Assembly (NCBI GenBank): GCA_051251855.1
Contig: JBPOGI010000002.1
Coordinates: 160,001 to 224,000 of the forward strand
Reading direction: 5' to 3'
Length of the DNA stretch: 64,000 nt
Source: Roseibacillus sp.
Lineage (GTDB): Bacteria > Verrucomicrobiota > Verrucomicrobiia > Verrucomicrobiales > Akkermansiaceae
Within the stretch, counting starts at the first letter, position 1, and every line of letters starts with the position of its first letter. Position numbers and translations under genes: made by a program. The notes under the pieces were generated by a model. That model ran no database searches. It was given only the letters and a program-made list of their open reading frames with translations, and was not told where the DNA came from. This document shows, piece after piece, positions 18,533-28,798 of the stretch.

Positions 18533-19171
18533 ATGAAAACTTCGCTCAAATTCAGTCAGTTATCGATTAGTATTGTCTTGCTCGTTGCCGCTTCGAGTGG
18601 CGCATCTGCAGCCGTGATGGAGCTGGGAACCAATGGGGATTTTGAAACAGGAACCACTACGGGCTGGTCCGACTTCACCTTTGGCACTCAGACCTTTGGG
18701 GTGGTGTCCGATTCCTTTGCAGGAACTTCTGCAGGTAAAGTTGAGAACGGGGACTCAGCGACTCCAGGGATCATCAAGCAGGCGAATTTGGGAATTGGAG
18801 TGGTCAATCCGGGGGACACCATCACGATTTCATTCTATGCCAAAGGGGAAGGCCTCAATGGAGGGGTCCAATTCGCTGAGTTTTTCTCCGAGACTGCTGG
18901 AGGAGGGGTCTCAAAATCTGAAATCCTTGGAGGAGCCCCTCTCTTCGCTAATGGCACTTATGCCCTGTATGAGTTCACAACCACGGCGGGAGCAGACGTG
19001 TCTGGCGGGGTAACCTTACAATTTGGCGCTACGACCGGTGCGGCAGCAGGGAGTTTCGCAAGCCTTACCGTAGATAATGTTTCGGTTTCGGTGGATGTCA
19101 TTCCGGAACCCAGTTCAACGATGTTGTTGGCTTTGCCTCTTCTTGGCTTCGTCGCGCGTCGCCGGAGATAG
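18533..19171 (+). CDS. PEP-CTERM sorted surface protein with carbohydrate-binding-like domain
   Basis: Signal peptide, NGDFE..W (CBM4/9-like start), C-terminal IPEPSS-TM-RRRR. Confidence 0.92.
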   Translation: MKTSLKFSQLSISIVLLVAASSGASAAVMELGTNGDFETGTTTGWSDFTFGTQTFGVVSDSFAGTSAGKVENGDSATPGIIKQANLGIGVVNPGDTITISFYAKGEGLNGGVQFAEFFSETAGGGVSKSEILGGAPLFANGTYALYEFTTTAGADVSGGVTLQFGATTGAAAGSFASLTVDNVSVSVDVIPEPSSTMLLALPLLGFVARRRR

Positions 19172-19327
19172 TTTCTTTCGGTAGCTCAATGCTAATTTTT
19201 AGAGGCCGCAGATTCGAAAGAATCTGTGGCCTTTTTGCTTGAGGGTGCTTGGTATGAGCTGGACCGTAACCTTGAGATGAGTAAAATTTTGGTGCCCAAT
19301 TGGGATGGGATGTGTTCTCTTCGCGGT

Positions 19328-19852
19328 ATGGCCGATTTGAACCAGATAGCTGCAGCAGTGCGCGATGTGCCCGACTTTCCGAAGCCCGGAATTCTCTTTA
19401 AGGATATCACGCCCGTGTTGGCTGACCCTGCTTTATTCCAAGGCTGTATGTCTCTTCTTGCTGAGACGGCGGGTGGGCAGAAGATTGACAAGGTGGTGGG
19501 CATTGACGCTCGGGGATTTATTTTCGCGGCGGGGGTAGCTCAGAACTTGGATGCGGGTTTTGTGCCGGTTCGGAAGGCCGGTAAGTTGCCTTGGACTACG
19601 CATAAGATGGCTTATACCCTCGAGTATGGCGAAAGTGTGGTCGAAATTCACCAAGATGCCGTAAAGGCAGGTGAGAAGATTCTTCTTGTTGACGACTTGC
19701 TCGCTACAGGTGGGACAGCGGCGGCGGCAATCAAGCTTCTTCGTGCCTTAGAGGCCGATATTGTGGCGGTCGCTTTCCTGATTGAGTTAGAAGGCCTTAA
19801 GGGCCGCGATAAACTCGGTTCAGTTCCCATTCATTCACTTCTCAAATATTAA
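19328..19852 (+). CDS. apt: Adenine phosphoribosyltransferase
   Basis: VPDFPKPGILFKDITP, DARGF, VRKAGKLP, LEYG, VDDLLATGGT. Confidence 0.97.
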   Translation: MADLNQIAAAVRDVPDFPKPGILFKDITPVLADPALFQGCMSLLAETAGGQKIDKVVGIDARGFIFAAGVAQNLDAGFVPVRKAGKLPWTTHKMAYTLEYGESVVEIHQDAVKAGEKILLVDDLLATGGTAAAAIKLLRALEADIVAVAFLIELEGLKGRDKLGSVPIHSLLKY

Positions 19853-19858
19853 AAAACG

Positions 19859-21403
19859 ATGTCTTTCGAAAACTATAGTCAGAGCCTCCTTCGTTATCCT
19901 GAACTTGGATTTACTCTTGATTTGTCCCGAATGGATATCGGGTCAGGATTCCGCGACGAAATGAGCGCGAAGGTCTCAAAAGCTTTTGCTGATATGAAAG
20001 CGCTGGAGGCCGGCGAAATTGCGAATCCAGATGAGGGCCGTATGGTCGGCCACTACTGGTTGCGTAATCCTGCTCTTGCTCCTAATGAACAACTGCGTAA
20101 AGAGATCGTGGAGCCGATTGCAGATTTGAAGGCGTTCGCTGCCAAAGTTCACGAGGGCGAGGTGAAGGCTCCAGGAGGGTCTCACTTTCAGAATATTCTC
20201 ATTATTGGAATCGGTGGTTCGGCCTTGGGTCCTCAATTCATCGAAGCGGCCTTGGGAGCGGCGTCACCAGTGAAGACCTTCTTCTTCGATAACACGGATC
20301 CCGCAGGGATGGATCAGACTTTGGAAGAGATTGGGACGGACCTCGATAAGACACTTTCTTTAGTGATTTCGAAATCGGGAGGAACTCCTGAGACGCGAAA
20401 CGGGATGCTGGAGGCAAAGGCAGCGTACGAGAGCCATGGTCTTAAGTTTGCGGAGCATGCGGTCGCGATTACGGGAGAAGGTTCCAAGCTTTTCAACTTT
20501 GCTCAGAGCGAGGGCTTCGTGGAAATTTTTCCAATGGAAGACTGGGTAGGTGGCAGAACTTCGGTGATGTCGACTGTGGGTCTAGTGCCGATGGCGCTGC
20601 AGGGAATCGATATCGATGACTTGTTAGAGGGGGCTGCGGCAATGGATGCGCTGACACGTCAAGAGTCTGACAACGCGGCGATGGAGCTCGCTTTGGCTTG
20701 GTATCATGAGGGGGACGGTAAGGGTGAAAAAGACATGGTCGTTCTGCCTTACAAGGACTCGTTGATGCTGATGTCAAAATACCTCCAACAGCTAGTGATG
20801 GAGTCTTTGGGTAAGGAGTTGGACCTGGATGGAAATGTCGTTCACCAAGGTATCGCGGTTTATGGCAACAAGGGATCCACCGACCAGCACGCCTACGTGC
20901 AACAATTGCGCGATGGAGTGCATAACTTTTTCGCGACCTTCATTGAGGTGCGTAAACCTCGTGAAGGTGAGTCTATCGAGGTGGAAGAAGGAGTGACTTC
21001 TGGTGATTTTTTGCAGGGTTTCCTGCGGGGAACACGGAGTGCGCTCTATGATAATGGGCGTCGGTCGGTAACGATTTCGATTCCTGAGGTCTCTCCGCAC
21101 ACAGTGGGGCAGTTGATTGGACTCTTCGAGCGTGCGGTCAGCTTCTATGCCTCGCTGGTGAACATCAATGCCTACCACCAACCGGGAGTGGAAGCAGGTA
21201 AGGCTGCGGCAGGGGTCTTTTTGGACCTTTTGAAAAAGGTAAGTGCTGCTCTAGCTGATGAACCTGCGACCGCTGGTGATATCGCCGCTGCGACAGGAGG
21301 AGATCCAGAGGCGGTCTATCATTGTCTCACTCATCTGGCAGCGAGTGGAAAAGCGCGTCAGGTGATGGGGGCGCAGGCTCACCTCGATCAGTTTGCGAAG
21401 TAG
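19859..21403 (+). CDS. pgi: Glucose-6-phosphate isomerase
   Basis: [51 protein letters not shown]. Confidence 0.96.
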   Translation: MSFENYSQSLLRYPELGFTLDLSRMDIGSGFRDEMSAKVSKAFADMKALEAGEIANPDEGRMVGHYWLRNPALAPNEQLRKEIVEPIADLKAFAAKVHEGEVKAPGGSHFQNILIIGIGGSALGPQFIEAALGAASPVKTFFFDNTDPAGMDQTLEEIGTDLDKTLSLVISKSGGTPETRNGMLEAKAAYESHGLKFAEHAVAITGEGSKLFNFAQSEGFVEIFPMEDWVGGRTSVMSTVGLVPMALQGIDIDDLLEGAAAMDALTRQESDNAAMELALAWYHEGDGKGEKDMVVLPYKDSLMLMSKYLQQLVMESLGKELDLDGNVVHQGIAVYGNKGSTDQHAYVQQLRDGVHNFFATFIEVRKPREGESIEVEEGVTSGDFLQGFLRGTRSALYDNGRRSVTISIPEVSPHTVGQLIGLFERAVSFYASLVNINAYHQPGVEAGKAAAGVFLDLLKKVSAALADEPATAGDIAAATGGDPEAVYHCLTHLAASGKARQVMGAQAHLDQFAK

Positions 21404-21415
21404 AGCGTTCTTAAG

Positions 21416-21868
21416 ATGAAGACGAGTTTAGCCTTTCTTCTATTAGGTTTTTTGCTGTGTTCGTGTGGGTCGATGGAGCGCGCGGGTTTGGTGATGCCAA
21501 AGCCGCAGACGACGGAGCATATGGAGGTGGTAGATGCGGGTTTCGTTCTCAAGCCTAGTTCGCGAATCGTGGTGCTTTCTGTCGAGGTGGAAGTGAAAGA
21601 GCCACCGAGCGAAGCGAACTATTTGCGAGTGAGCTTTCCCGATACGACGACGAGGTTTTTTCGCGAAACGAAGACGATTGCCTTAGGTGAGAGCCCACAT
21701 CGGGTTCGCTCTTCTGCGCTGAAAGACCTCGAGTATCTCGATGCCTATCCGGTTCGGGTTCAGCTTTGCCAAGATCGGGCGGGAAAGACGGTGATTGAGG
21801 AGTTGATCCAAAACGTGCGCTTTGAGGTGCCTCCCTCTGCCTTGGAGAAAATGGGAGTTAGTCTCTGA
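21416..21868 (+). CDS. Lipoprotein, unknown function
   Basis: MKTSLAFLLLGFLLCSC lipobox. Confidence 0.7.
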   Translation: MKTSLAFLLLGFLLCSCGSMERAGLVMPKPQTTEHMEVVDAGFVLKPSSRIVVLSVEVEVKEPPSEANYLRVSFPDTTTRFFRETKTIALGESPHRVRSSALKDLEYLDAYPVRVQLCQDRAGKTVIEELIQNVRFEVPPSALEKMGVSL

Positions 21869-22598
21869 GCTTTGGCTCGTCTCTTTTTCTCTTGGGCTTG
21901 TCTTGCCTGTCTTCTTTCCGAAGATGACCTTTTTGGCGTTCTTCTGAAGAGATAAAGCCATCGCTATCCTGGTCCATCGCTTCAAAGCGGTCTTCAACTT
22001 CGTCTTCGGAGACCCCTTTGTGGAAAGGAGCGTTTTGGAACTCGGAGAATGAAATTTTGCCATCTTCATCGGAATCAAGATCGGCATGGGGAGGAGGGCC
22101 TTGAGGTCTTCTCTCGGGTCGCGGTCCTTTTCCGCGAGGGATATCGGCTTCGCTGAGGATTCCGTCACTGTTTTGATCAAGACGGTCGAAGAGCTTTCGG
22201 CGCATTTCTTCATTGAGTCGTTGAACTCGCGGTTGTTGACTGAATTGTTCAAAATTGACAGGTCCCTTCTGAAGCCAACCAGGCTTTTCGCCAGGTCTCA
22301 TTCCTTTGGGTGGCTTCAGTTCTTCAGGCTTGATTGAGCCGTCGCCGTCTTTATCCAAGCGCTCGAAAAGGATGACTTGCTGTTCCGGAGTCGCGCGTTC
22401 GAGTCGAGGATTCGCGGCAAATTCCTCCTGGCTGACGGCTCCATCTTCGTTCGTATCGAGCCGCGAAAAAAACTGGGCCGCAAACTCACTGCCACGGAAC
22501 CCCTTATCTCGGCCCTTTTTCTTGTCTTTCTCAGGCTCCGCGGCCGCTCCTGCAGCAAAAAGGAGAGTCAGAGCTGAGCCGGTCAAAATACGTTTCAT
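21858..22598 (-). CDS. Secreted multi-EF-hand protein
   Basis: Signal peptide; loops DTNEDGAVSQEE, DKDGDGSIKPEE, DQNSDGILSEAD, DSDEDGKISFSE, DQDSDGFISSEE. Confidence 0.88.
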   Translation of the reverse strand: MKRILTGSALTLLFAAGAAAEPEKDKKKGRDKGFRGSEFAAQFFSRLDTNEDGAVSQEEFAANPRLERATPEQQVILFERLDKDGDGSIKPEELKPPKGMRPGEKPGWLQKGPVNFEQFSQQPRVQRLNEEMRRKLFDRLDQNSDGILSEADIPRGKGPRPERRPQGPPPHADLDSDEDGKISFSEFQNAPFHKGVSEDEVEDRFEAMDQDSDGFISSEERQKGHLRKEDRQDKPKRKRDEPKLRD

Positions 22599-22684
22599 CA
22601 CGGCCATGGAACCCGTGTTGGGCTAAAAAGTCGCGTTTTTTCTTATCGGTTGTTTTTTAGGGCTATTTAAGGGAAACTCTGGCT

Positions 22685-23563
22685 GTGCATATTCGTAATT
22701 TGCTGGCGACAAACCAGCCCTCTATCTCTTTCGAATTTTTTCCGCCGAAGACGCCCAAAGGGGCAGAGGCTCTATTTGAGGTTATTCAAGAGCTGGCGGG
22801 TATGAATCCGTCATTTGTCAGCGTTACTTATGGCGCTGGAGGAACGACGCGGGACCTGACGCATGAACTTGTGGTCAAAATTCTGAGTGAGACTTCCATT
22901 CCTGCAGTTCCTCATTTGACCTGCGTTCTGCACACTCGTGCTGAAATTCAGGATATTCTCGAGCGATACGCCGCAGCGGGGGTCGGTAATATTTTGGCTT
23001 TGAGAGGAGACCCACCCCAGAACCAGCCAGACTATTGCCGTTCAAAAGATGATTTCCCCTACGCGGGAGACTTGGTTCGCTTTATCGCTGAATTTAATCA
23101 GCAATCTGTGTCTCCGGACTTTGGAATTGGGATCGCGGGATTTCCCGAAGGACATCCCGAGACGCCCAACCGTCTCAAGGAGATGGATTATTTTAAAGCG
23201 AAGGTGGACGAGGGCGCGGATTACATTTGTACCCAGCTGTTTTTCGATAATCATGACCTTTTGGATTTTCGAGATCGGTGTTCTTTGGCGGGGATTGATA
23301 TACCCATCATCGCGGGAGTCATGCCGGTGACTTCGCGGAAGGGTATGGTCAGAATGGCTGAACTGGCGGCCGGGGCACGCTTCCCAGCTAAGTTACAGTC
23401 GCTCCTTGGGACTGAAGGTGATGATAATATCACCGAACTAGGAATCGATTTTGCTGCGGAGCAGTGCAAGGAATTACTAAAGGAAGGTATCCCGGGAATT
23501 CACTTCTATACCTTGAACAAGAGTCAGGCGACCCGCGAGGTTGTGAAGCGCCTTGAGCTTTGA
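22685..23563 (+). CDS. metF: 5,10-methylenetetrahydrofolate reductase
   Basis: SFEFFPPKT, SVTYGAGG, PHLTC, LALRGD, TQLFFD, HFYTLN. Confidence 0.96.
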   Translation: MHIRNLLATNQPSISFEFFPPKTPKGAEALFEVIQELAGMNPSFVSVTYGAGGTTRDLTHELVVKILSETSIPAVPHLTCVLHTRAEIQDILERYAAAGVGNILALRGDPPQNQPDYCRSKDDFPYAGDLVRFIAEFNQQSVSPDFGIGIAGFPEGHPETPNRLKEMDYFKAKVDEGADYICTQLFFDNHDLLDFRDRCSLAGIDIPIIAGVMPVTSRKGMVRMAELAAGARFPAKLQSLLGTEGDDNITELGIDFAAEQCKELLKEGIPGIHFYTLNKSQATREVVKRLEL

Positions 23564-23595
23564 TGCTAAGGCTACTTGTCGACTCGCAAGTGACG

Positions 23596-25281
23596 TTATT
23601 CGTCTTCGGCAGCTTCGTTCAAAGTTTGTTCCCACTGACCGCTCAGTCGTTTTGTGGTCTCTTGGACAAGGTCACGCAGGTTAATCTTGATCCACTGGAG
23701 GTCGGTATTGTCTTCGTGCGGCGAGACGCTTGGTAGTGGGGGCGCTTCTTTGAAAGCTGTCGTGGGAACTGCCAATTCTAATCCGCCTTCTACGACATAT
23801 GGAAAACGGAATATCCGGCGCGGGGTGAGATCGAGCCTCTTTTTGAGAAGCTCGTCGCCTTTTGAGTCTTTGGTGAAGTAGTAGAGTTCTTGCGGAGGAT
23901 TGGCAAATTGAAGGGTTTGATACTTGCGAAGAATACTTGTCGCGTAGATCGCTTGGTCTTCGAGACTCATCTGGGAGCTCGTGGGAGCACCAATGGTTTC
24001 GGAGGTGTTCTGGGAGTCTTCATCGAGACTATAGGTTTTTTCTTCCAGTTCTTCCTTGGTGGTCGGTCGGGCTTCAAAGCTTCCTCGCAAGCGAGCCACC
24101 GTTTGGGCTGTTTCGGCATCTTGAGAAGAGAGTTCGACCTTCGAAAAGCTAAGAGTGTTTCCTTGGGTGTTGAGTTCGAAGGAACCTTCATTGAACAGGA
24201 CTTTGCGATAAGAGCGTTGGGGATCTAGGTGACTTAACATTCTTAGGAGAACCAGTTCTTTGGTAAGAATGATTCCTTCTTTTCCGTGGGGTTGCCCTGA
24301 AATTTGGTAGCAGATGCCATCGGAGTCGTTGGTGGAACCTGAGGCGGATGCCTTTCCTGAAATCGTGCCGTTAACAAAAGAGAGGAGGCCACGAGGCAGA
24401 AAAGCGGAGAGCGGTATCGCAGTGAAGTGACCGTTGACTTGGAAGATGGGACGGGCACCGCCTGTGACCATCTCGCCGCTCCATTGAAAGGTTCCTTCGT
24501 CAATGGTCAGGGTAGCATCAGTGATTTTTAGACCACCATCCTTTTTTAATTCGACCGACATGGACTCAATCTCGAAGTCTCTGAAAATGCCTTGGGAGAA
24601 GGTCCCGCCGCGGAACTTGAGCTCCCAGCCTTCGGAAGAGCGGAGGGCCGTCAGCGAGGAGTCCTTGATGGCACCCCAAGTTGCGGGGCTACTGTAGCCC
24701 CAAGTGAGGTTGGTCTTAGTGACGACGAGCTTAGAAAAGGTGAAGTTCGGGCTGTCAAAGAAGAGGGAGTTCCAAGAGTTTTGCGCCCGTTCGTCACTCG
24801 CTTCGCCTGCTTTGAGGGCGATTTTCAATTCCACGATATTGATGCTTTTTGCATCCCAAGCTCCGAAGAGTCCGCTAGCGGGTTCCATTGGAAGCTGAAT
24901 GCCACGAGCTTCCAGGTGGTTGTAGAAAGTGTTGTCGCCTCCTATGACCATAATCTGTTTGTAGTTACCAGAGGCGAGATCCCGTTCGAAACCTACCGCA
25001 GTCAATTCTTCAGCCCCGAGGGTTTTTGAGAGGCTTTTCTCCAATTGCTTGGGTAAGTCGTCGCCGGTGACTTTCCAGAGAAGAAATCCTCCGTAACAGA
25101 TTAGGGATAAAAGGGACAAGAGCAGAACTGAAATGGTGAATCGAACGATAGACCCGATGATAGGAGGCTTTCCGCCTAGACCGGTTCCACCATGGGTGAG
25201 CTGGAAGATAAGCCCCTGTTTGGAGATCCAGTCGTTCATGCGGCTGTTAAATTCAGCCAGTCTTTCTTCGGATAATTTCAT
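23596..25281 (-). CDS. Membrane-anchored beta-rich protein (possibly AsmA-like)
   Basis: Single N-terminal TM followed by a long beta-strand-rich region; likely start MKLSEER. Confidence 0.6.
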   Translation of the reverse strand: MKLSEERLAEFNSRMNDWISKQGLIFQLTHGGTGLGGKPPIIGSIVRFTISVLLLSLLSLICYGGFLLWKVTGDDLPKQLEKSLSKTLGAEELTAVGFERDLASGNYKQIMVIGGDNTFYNHLEARGIQLPMEPASGLFGAWDAKSINIVELKIALKAGEASDERAQNSWNSLFFDSPNFTFSKLVVTKTNLTWGYSSPATWGAIKDSSLTALRSSEGWELKFRGGTFSQGIFRDFEIESMSVELKKDGGLKITDATLTIDEGTFQWSGEMVTGGARPIFQVNGHFTAIPLSAFLPRGLLSFVNGTISGKASASGSTNDSDGICYQISGQPHGKEGIILTKELVLLRMLSHLDPQRSYRKVLFNEGSFELNTQGNTLSFSKVELSSQDAETAQTVARLRGSFEARPTTKEELEEKTYSLDEDSQNTSETIGAPTSSQMSLEDQAIYATSILRKYQTLQFANPPQELYYFTKDSKGDELLKKRLDLTPRRIFRFPYVVEGGLELAVPTTAFKEAPPLPSVSPHEDNTDLQWIKINLRDLVQETTKRLSGQWEQTLNEAAEDE

Positions 25282-25398
25282 GCGCTCCTCGCGCCTGAGG
25301 CGATAGCCTCCAATCGGCTGATTGCCAACAAACAAATTATCCTCTCTTTGCGGAGAATTTCCCTCGCACCCTGGCCCTGCCTCCCTTAACAAAGCGCA

Positions 25399-26133
25399 GT
25401 GGAAGAGACCGAATATAAGGTCAAGCTGGACATTTTCGAGGGTCCGCTGGACCTCCTGCTGTATTTAATCAAGCGGGAAGAGTTGGATATTACCGAGGTT
25501 TCCATCGAGAAAATTACTCGGCAGTATTTGGACTACATCGAGACCTTTCGGATGTTGAATATCGATTTGGCATCAGAGTTCATTGTGATGGCTGCCAATC
25601 TGATTTATCTGAAGAGTCGCACTCTGCTTCCTAAGCAAGAGCGTCCGCCCGAGGAAGATATTGATGAGGATGATCCGCGGTGGGAGCTCATTCGTCAGCT
25701 CATCGAGTATAAGAAATTCAAGGATGCCGCCGGCTACCTTTCGAAGCGGGAGGAGGAGCAGGAAGATTATTTCCCTCACAGCCCAGAGAAACCGGAGCTA
25801 CCGCCTGTGGACAACGATCCCGTGGGAGAGCTTTCGATTTTCGATTTGATTCAGGCTTTCCAAAAAGTCTTGAAGCGATTCGAGGCGGTTCATGATTTTG
25901 GACAAATCGTGGACGACCGATTCACGGTCTCGGATAAGGTGGAGTATCTCCTTGCCGAGATGAGGCCGGGGCAGAGTCGGCGTTTTTTGACGCTTTTTGA
26001 GAATGCGACCACCAAGTCAGAGGTGATTGTCACCTTCCTCGCTGTTCTAGAATTGATGAAGATGAATCAGTTTTGCGTGCGGCAAGACCTCCTGCTGGGA
26101 GATATCGAGATTGAACGCCGTGGGGGAGTCTGA
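25399..26133 (+). CDS. scpA: Segregation and condensation protein A
   Basis: FEGPLDLLLYLI, EFIVMAANLIYLKSRTLLP, VIVTFLAVLELMK. Confidence 0.95.
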   Translation: MEETEYKVKLDIFEGPLDLLLYLIKREELDITEVSIEKITRQYLDYIETFRMLNIDLASEFIVMAANLIYLKSRTLLPKQERPPEEDIDEDDPRWELIRQLIEYKKFKDAAGYLSKREEEQEDYFPHSPEKPELPPVDNDPVGELSIFDLIQAFQKVLKRFEAVHDFGQIVDDRFTVSDKVEYLLAEMRPGQSRRFLTLFENATTKSEVIVTFLAVLELMKMNQFCVRQDLLLGDIEIERRGGV

Positions 26134-26725
26134 ACAGAAAGAGCGCATTGCGTTGTTTGGGGGGACCTTCGATCCAGTACACGAGGGTCACATTGAGGTC
26201 GCTCGCAATGCGGTGGAAACTTTGGGGCTGAGCCGGGTGGTGTTCCTTCCTTGCCGTCAGTCGCCTCACAAGGCAGTCGCTGCGGGAGCCTCCGAAGAGG
26301 AGCGCCTTGAGATGCTCAAGTTAGCCACCAAAGACCTCGCGTGGGCAGAGGTGAGCGATTGGGAGTATCACCAGCCCGTGCCCTCATTCTCTTGGCGCAC
26401 GGCGGAGGCCTTTCAGGAGCGATTTATTCACTCACAGCTGTATTGGCTCATGGGTTGGGATCAGTGGAAGGTCCTACCCTCATGGAATCGTTCCGACTAT
26501 CTGGGCGAACTCGTGGACTTCATTGTTCACGCGCGCGACGGGGACGGCAATGGAGAGGAACTATTGAAGCACCCAGGCACACGGGTTGATTTCGTTACTG
26601 GTGACCATCCGGCTTCATCAAGTGAGATTCGTCGTTGCCTGAGTAAGGGAGAAGGGATTCCGGAGCTCTGGTTGCACCCAGAGGTGGAAAAATTGCTGTG
26701 TCGAAGCGGCCTTTACCTGCAATGA
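26111..26725 (+). CDS. nadD: Nicotinate-nucleotide adenylyltransferase
   Basis: LFGGTFDPVHEGH, SPHK, WLMGWD, SSSEIR. Confidence 0.93.
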   Translation: MNAVGESEQKERIALFGGTFDPVHEGHIEVARNAVETLGLSRVVFLPCRQSPHKAVAAGASEEERLEMLKLATKDLAWAEVSDWEYHQPVPSFSWRTAEAFQERFIHSQLYWLMGWDQWKVLPSWNRSDYLGELVDFIVHARDGDGNGEELLKHPGTRVDFVTGDHPASSSEIRRCLSKGEGIPELWLHPEVEKLLCRSGLYLQ

Positions 26726-26765
26726 GAGCTTGCCAGATAGGGTCTAAGGTTTCATTAATCTTTGT

Positions 26766-27569
26766 ATGAACATGACCCGAAAATTTCTTTTGAGTGGCGC
26801 ATTATTTGGTCTTTCGATGGCGGCTTCGTTTTCTCAAGAAGTGAGTAGGCTCGAAGGCGCGGGTGAGGCGCCGGCCTATGTTGCCCGGTTCACAAACTTG
26901 CCGGAGGAAAAGCGGATGGCTTACGGTGAGCATAAAATGAAGGGGGAAACTTTCTTCCGCCAGAAACGCACTTTTGAGAGCTTGGAGCAAATTCATCTCG
27001 CGCTGAAAATTTTTGACGAGGATCCTTCAATGTGGAATCTGAAAGGTTCCTGCCATGTCGAGTTTCGCTCGTTTGAAAAGGCTCGCGAAGCGTTCAAGCG
27101 TGCTCTAGCTATCGATGGAGATAATACTGGGGTTTTGTTCAATCTTGCAGAGATGGATTTTGTGACCAAGGAGTGGAAAGGTTGCTCCGAAAAAATGACG
27201 ACTTTGATGGAGAAGTTGGAAGAGGGTTCGAATGGAGAGATGTCGGAGCCCACTCTGAACCTCCATCACCTTGCTCTATTTAAGAAGATGCTTTCGCAGT
27301 TGAAGCTGGGTCAGGAAGAAGAAGCTCGTCAACTGGCCAAGGATAATTGGGAAGATTGGGACGACACCCCCTTCACTTATTATTCAAAGGCAGCCTTATC
27401 CTATTTTGAAGAGGACGAGGAAGAAGCCAACCGATGGATTATGTCGGCCGTGCGTGTATTTGGAGGCTTGGATGCGGTGGCAAACTGGCAGGATACCCTC
27501 ATTGAGTTTGGCTATGTGAAGAGCTTCTACGGGGGAGAGGAAGGCGAGATCGATGTTTCGGACGACTAA
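26766..27569 (+). CDS. Secreted TPR-repeat protein
   Basis: Signal peptide; TPR pattern WNLKG...AREAFKRALAID...VLFNLAE. Confidence 0.8.
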   Translation: MNMTRKFLLSGALFGLSMAASFSQEVSRLEGAGEAPAYVARFTNLPEEKRMAYGEHKMKGETFFRQKRTFESLEQIHLALKIFDEDPSMWNLKGSCHVEFRSFEKAREAFKRALAIDGDNTGVLFNLAEMDFVTKEWKGCSEKMTTLMEKLEEGSNGEMSEPTLNLHHLALFKKMLSQLKLGQEEEARQLAKDNWEDWDDTPFTYYSKAALSYFEEDEEEANRWIMSAVRVFGGLDAVANWQDTLIEFGYVKSFYGGEEGEIDVSDD

Positions 27570-27619
27570 GAACGCTCGCTTCTTTACTCGTTCGCGTCAG
27601 CAGCCATAACTTGCGCACG

Positions 27620-28366
27620 ATGAGCTTACTCCTTGGTGTCAATGTGGACCACGTCGCGACCCTCCGTCAGGCGCGCTATGCCCTTTTGCCGGACTCTCCC
27701 AATGCGGAGCCGAGCCCTTATGCAGCCTGTGAAGAGGCAGAAAAGGGAGGGGCGGATTCGATTACGATTCATGTGCGCGGAGATCGGCGGCATATGCAGG
27801 AGAAGGACGCTTTCGAGATTCGTTCGAAGTGTTCTTTGCCCTTGAATTTAGAGATGGGGAACACACCCGAGATGTTAGCTTTGGCGCTGAAGTTGAAGCC
27901 AGACTTCGTTTGTCTGGTTCCTGAGACGCGGGAAGAGGTGACTACTGAGGGAGGTCTTGATGTGGTTTCCAATTTTGAAGGGACTAAGGAGACAGTCTCG
28001 GTTTTGCAACAAGCGGGGATTAAGGTGAGCCTCTTTATCGACCCAGATGCTCCTCAAGTGGAGGCTGCTGGCAAGATTGGCTCAGAGATGATTGAGTTGC
28101 ACACGGGAGCTTTTGCAAATGCGACCGGCGAGGCGGAAGCGGCGGAGTTGGTGCGCTTGAGCAATGCAGCCGAGCAAGGGCATGGACTGGGATTACAAGT
28201 CAATGCGGGGCATGGCTTGAATCGCGAAAACTTAGGGAGATTTTTGACGGTGCCGCATCTCACCGAGCTCAATATCGGTCATAGCATCGTGGCGCGCTCA
28301 GTCTTTGTGGGATTTACAGAGGCAGTGAGGGAGATCAAAGCTTTGATGGAGAACTACTCTGCCTAA
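27620..28366 (+). CDS. pdxJ: Pyridoxine 5'-phosphate synthase
   Basis: LGVNVDHVATLRQAR, DRRHM, VPETREEVTTEGGLD, VNAGHGL, ELNIGHSI. Confidence 0.97.
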   Translation: MSLLLGVNVDHVATLRQARYALLPDSPNAEPSPYAACEEAEKGGADSITIHVRGDRRHMQEKDAFEIRSKCSLPLNLEMGNTPEMLALALKLKPDFVCLVPETREEVTTEGGLDVVSNFEGTKETVSVLQQAGIKVSLFIDPDAPQVEAAGKIGSEMIELHTGAFANATGEAEAAELVRLSNAAEQGHGLGLQVNAGHGLNRENLGRFLTVPHLTELNIGHSIVARSVFVGFTEAVREIKALMENYSA

Positions 28367-28761
28367 TGCAGCTCTTTGGTATTGGTATCGACGTGGTCGA
28401 AGTTTCCCGCATTGAGGAATCGATTGCGGAGTTTGGGCAGAAATTTCTGGACCGGATTTTCACCGCTCGTGAGCAGGAGTATTGTGAGAAGCAAAAGCGG
28501 TGCGCGATTCACTATGCAGCGCGCTTTGCGGCGAAGGAGGCCGTGTCCAAGGCCTTTGGCACCGGGATTGGTAAGGATGTGAGCTGGTTAGACCTCGAGG
28601 TAGTGCGCAAGGCTTCCGGTGAGCCGGAGGTTGTTCTCGGTGGTCGTGCCAAGGAGTTCGCGGACGAAAACCAAGTGGGTGCGATTAAGATCAGCCTGAC
28701 CCACGCCCAGCACTATGCGGCTGCCAATGCGGTAGTGCTGTCGCTGGATGAGAGGGGCTAG
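28366..28761 (+). CDS. acpS: Holo-ACP synthase
   Basis: GIGIDVVEVSRI, AARFAAKEAVSKAFGTG, ISLTH; pdxJ-acpS synteny. Confidence 0.96.
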   Translation: MQLFGIGIDVVEVSRIEESIAEFGQKFLDRIFTAREQEYCEKQKRCAIHYAARFAAKEAVSKAFGTGIGKDVSWLDLEVVRKASGEPEVVLGGRAKEFADENQVGAIKISLTHAQHYAAANAVVLSLDERG

Positions 28762-28798
28762 GGCCCAAGGAACTTAAAGCGCTGGGCAGGAGAGTTTC

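Noticed and set aside
22608..22684. SAM riboswitch upstream of metF
   Set aside because: Short T-rich divergent spacer with no recognisable SAM riboswitch fold.
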